Positions 59,755 through 64,000 of a stretch of DNA of 64,000 nt are shown piece by piece. Source of the DNA: Eledone cirrhosa. Lineage: Eukaryota. The DNA is taken from positions 304,544,001 through 304,608,000 of the forward strand of contig OZ024740.1 in NCBI GenBank assembly GCA_964016885.1. The letters run 5' to 3'. A program made the translations under genes and the position numbers. Under the pieces are notes generated by a model. That model saw only the letters and a list, made by a program, of their open reading frames with translations, had not been told where the DNA came from and searched no databases. The stretch's first letter is position 1, and the number at the start of each line of letters is the position of its first letter.

Positions 59755-61535
59755 TTAGTTTGAAAAACTCCAAATATTAAAATTTCTGTGTAGTCTTTTT
59801 TGTTGTTGTTAGAGGATGTTTTAAAACCCACTGGTATATGAGAAAAGCAAACAAATGAGGCTCTATGCAAAGGAACAAGATTGTAGATGGTTGTTCAATC
59901 TACTAGAAATAGTAGCCAATTTTCCCTAGCTGAAAAAAGTGAAGGGCATATTAGATAATATAGCTTTACATACTCTAAGAAACAAAAAAATGAATATGCT
60001 CATCGCTGGATTACATTACTCTATATATACTATTGTATTTTCATGGTAAAGGCTTTGTCTCACATCATTATCTCATATAATATTGAATCTATGAGATTTT
60101 GATATTATTTATTTTGAAAATCATACCTTAACATTAGTATGCGGGTCCGGTTATAGCCAGTTTGAACAGAAAGAGGTGAAAGAATTCTGGCCAAATACAG
60201 CTGGTTTAAATGCTGAAGGGTTAGTCATAAGTTTGCTCAATTAGGGTGGCCTTTTGATTAAACAACAATGATGGCTAAAGAAGAAAGTAAAATAGTTGAA
60301 AAACTGACAACATTTGTATCTACTGATAGTTAGTTGTAGCAGCAAAGGTTTTATCTACAGGAGTACTAGGAATTTCTAGATGATAGTATGTGTATGTGTA
60401 TATATATATGTGTGTATGTATGGGTATATATATATATGTGTGTCTGTGTGTGTGTGTGTGCTGTTTAGTGGTTTGAATCCTGTCACCATCCTTGCATTAT
60501 GTTCAGAGAAACACCTCACTTTCAATAGTCAAGTCTACCTAACTCCAAATATCTACTATAAGTATTTTATTTCTTCACTATAAGTGGCAACATTGAAATT
60601 GATAAGTGACTTGTTGGTTTCACTGATAAATTTTGTTATATTCATAGAGCAGCTACCTGTAATAGACAAGTATCTCAGATCCACTTACTATTCTAGAAAC
60701 CAGAGTTAAGAAGCACCAGCTAGCTTCCTTATTAAAATAATGAATGAAGCATGAATTATGTAGAGTTACAGATTTAGAAACCTTTATATTTAGCTAGCTG
60801 TGTAGCAGAGCCTACCTGACCATACCTGCTTAAGGTATTTGACCAAACATCTGGGTGATATCCACAGATTCAGCACTCTAGATATACCATTTTTCCATGT
60901 AGTTGGGTTTCATAATGTCCACTCTGACATCAAGTGGTATATTTTGTAGTGTGCAGTATAGCAGCGTTGGCATGTTTCTTTGACATTTTACTTTATTCTT
61001 GTCTATCTGAAGGCTCTATTGCTAGGCATAATGGAAGCAGAAAATATTGACTGTCTGTCTGTTGTGCTTGTTTCTCTACTCATGCCTATTCCAGTACAGT
61101 GTTTTAGGATAGTTAGCTTAATGATGCTACAGCTATTAATTATTAATATCTTGTTGTGATTGAGCAAAAAATATCTAAAAACAGGGTTTGTTCATTTAAA
61201 TGTTTATAGTACTTTGATTAGTGGACAGATAATTGTGAAAATTTGCAGTGTTACAGTAATGTGATACAGTCATAGTATGTTTTGTATTTTTTAAGAGTGT
61301 CTTGTTAATACAGTTTCATGTGATACAGGATGTTAAGAGTTAAAAGGTTTATATGTTTTTTGTATTCCTCAAGATTGGGTGGGAGAAATAACAGTTTTAG
61401 GGTGATATGTATGTAGCTTATGTTACCACTGAGAATGTGGTCAAATTATTTGAAATCAGTGTAGAAATTGAAGCTTAGTTAAAATGTTTAGAAATTGTAG
61501 TTGAAAAAAGTCCATTAGTTGTTCATGAGGACGTC
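59749..61535 (+). other. Unique AT-rich intron-like sequence between the exon and the 40-bp array
   Basis: AT-rich with frequent stops and a microsatellite. No convincing further exon or transposon protein remnant was recognised. Confidence 0.7.
60386..60460. repeat. Compound (TG)n/(TA)n/(TATG)n microsatellite
   Basis: gtatgtgtatgtgtatatatatatgtgtgtatgtatgggtatatatatatatgtgtgtctgtgtgtgtgtgtgtg. Confidence 0.95.
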
Positions 61536-64000
61536 TTGTTTTCTATCTATAGAATGGTACACTGTTGTGTTAACATTGTTCCCTCTTTATAGAATGGTAC
61601 ACTGTTGTATTAACATTGTTCCCTCTTTATAGAATGGTACACTGTTGTATTAACATTGTTCCCTATCTATAGAATGGTACACTGTTGTGTTAACATTGTT
61701 CCCTATCTATAGAATGGTACACTGTTGTGTTAACATTGTTCCCTATCTATAGAATGGTACACTGTTGTATTAACATTGTTCCCTCTTTATAGAATGGTAC
61801 ACTGTTGTATTAACATTGTTCCCTCTTTATAGAATGGTACACTGTTGTATTAACATTGTTCCCTCTTTATAGAATGGTACACTGTTGTATTAACATTGTT
61901 CCCTATCTATAGAATGGTACACTGTTGTGTTAACATTGTTCCCTATCTATAGAATGGTACACTGTTGTATTAACATTGTTCCCTCTTTATAGAATGGTAC
62001 ACTGTTGTATTAACATTGTTCCCTCTTTATAGAATGGTACACTGTTGTATTAACATTGTTCCCTCTTTATAGAATGGTACACTGTTGTATTAACATTGTT
62101 CCCTCTTTATAGAATGGTACACTGTTGTATTAACATTGTTCCCTATCTATAGAATGGTACACTGTTGTATTAACATTGTTCCCTATCTATAGAATGGTAC
62201 ACTGTTGTATTAACATTGTTCCCTCTTTATAGAATGGTACACTGTTGTATTAACATTGTTCCCTCTTTATAGAATGGTACACTGTTGTATTAACATTGTT
62301 CCCTATCTATAGAATGGTACACTGTTGTGTTAACATTGTTCCCTATCTATAGAATGGTACACTGTTGTATTAACATTGTTCCCTATCTATAGAATGGTAC
62401 ACTGTTGTGTTAACATTGTTCCCTATCTATAGAATGGTACACTGTTGTGTTAACATTGTTCCCTATCTATAGAATGGTACACTGTTGTATTAACATTGTT
62501 CCCTCTTTATAGAATGGTACACTGTTGTATTAACATTGTTCCCTCTTTATAGAATGGTACACTGTTGTATTAACATTGTTCCCTATCTATAGAATGGTAC
62601 ACTGTTGTGTTAACATTGTTCCCTATCTATAGAATGGTACACTGTTGTATTAACATTGTTCCCTATCTATAGAATGGTACACTGTTGTGTTAACATTGTT
62701 CCCTATCTATAGAATGGTACACTGTTGTGTTAACATTGTTCCCTATCTATAGAATGGTACACTGTTGTGTTAACATTGTTCCCTATCTATAGAATGGTAC
62801 ACTGTTGTATTAACATTGTTCCCTATCTATAGAATGGTACACTGTTGTGTTAACATTGTTCCCTATCTATAGAATGGTACACTGTTGTGTTAACATTGTT
62901 CCCTATCTATAGAATGGTACACTGTTGTGTTAACATTGTTCCCTATCTATAGAATGGTACACTGTTGTGTTAACATTGTTCCCTATCTATAGAATGGTAC
63001 ACTGTTGTGTTAACATTGTTCCCTATCTATAGAATGGTACACTGTTGTATTAACATTGTTCCCTATCTATAGAATGGTACACTGTTGTGTTAACATTGTT
63101 CCCTATCTATAGAATGGTACACTGTTGTATTAACATTGGTCCCTATCTATAGAATGGTACACTGTTGTGTTAACATTGTTCCCTATCTATAGAATGGTAC
63201 ACTGTTGTATTAACATTGTTCCCTATCTATAGAATGGTACACTGCTGTGTTAACATTGTTCCCTATCTATAGAATGGTACACTGTTGTGTTAACATTGTT
63301 CCCTATCTATAGAATGGTACACTGTTGTATTAACATTGTTCCCTATCTATAGAATGGTACACTGTTGTATTAACATTGTTCCCTATCTATAGAATGGTAC
63401 ACTTTTGTGTTAACATTGTTCCCTATCTATAGAATGGTACACTGTTGTGTTAACATTGTTCCCTATCTATAGAATGGTACACTGTTGTATTAACATTGTT
63501 CCCTATCTATAGAATGGTACACTGCTGTGTTAACATTGTTCCCTATCTATAGAATGGTACACTGTTGTGTTAACATTGTTCCCTATCTATAGAATGGTAC
63601 ACTGTTGTATTAACATTGTTCCCTATCTATAGAATGGTACACTGTTGTATTAACATTGTTCCCTATCTATAGAATGGTACACTTTTGTGTTAACATTGTT
63701 CCCTATCTATAGAATGGTACACTGTTGTGTTAACATTGTTCCCTATCTATAGAATGGTACACTGTTGTGTTAACATTGTTCCCTATCTATAGAATGGTAC
63801 ACTGTTGTGTTAACATTGTTCCCTATCTATAGAATGGTACACTGTTGTATTAACATTGTTCCCTCTTTATAGAATGGTACACTGTTGTATTAACATTGTT
63901 CCCTCTTTATAGAATGGTACACTGTTGTATTAACATTGTTCCCTCTTTATAGAATGGTACACTGTTGTATTAACATTGTTCCCTATCTATAGAATGGTAC
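61536..64000. repeat. 40-bp satellite/minisatellite tandem array, ~61 copies, open at the right edge
   Basis: Monomer CCCTATCTATAGAATGGTACACTGTTGTGTTAACATTGTT has an exact 40-bp period with no indels. Main polymorphisms are CCCTATCTAT/CCCTCTTTAT and GTGT/GTAT. Confidence 0.99.

Noticed and set aside
60380-60583. Supplied plus-strand 67-aa ORF (MIVCVCVYIY...)
   Set aside because: Its N-terminal part is a translation of the TG/TA microsatellite and it shows no coding features.
60349-60710. Additional exons at acceptor-like sites ttttatctacag (60360) and ttatattcatag (~60647)
   Set aside because: The phase-1 frames close quickly (TGA after ~7 codons; TAA after ~20), with no good donor or coding-like composition. 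A short terminal exon cannot be fully excluded without RNA data.

Overview
This is eukaryotic, probably animal, genomic DNA that is about 97% tandem repeat. Bases 1 to ~59,512 are one uninterrupted head-to-tail array of a 55-bp satellite, roughly 1,080 copies. Its consensus is TACACCCATCTGTTCACTCATTGTTGACCTAAACAGCATCAATAACTACTACCAC, and it shows nested higher-order duplications from 165 bp to ~14 kb. About 45 bp after the array ends there is a clean + strand internal coding exon (59557-59748, 192 nt, phase 1-1, canonical AG/GT) that the ORF track misses. It encodes an AT-hook (GRGRPPK), acidic and basic tracts and two basic-Tyr motifs typical of disordered regions of chromatin proteins. Next come ~1.8 kb of AT-rich intron-like DNA with a TA/TG microsatellite, then a second, 40-bp satellite (~61 copies) that runs off the window and resembles a 3' splice site in every unit. 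The best reading is a chromatin/DNA-binding protein gene whose introns have been inflated by satellite arrays. No prokaryotic genes, CRISPR array, RNA genes or transposon ORFs are evident. Both supplied ORFs look spurious.
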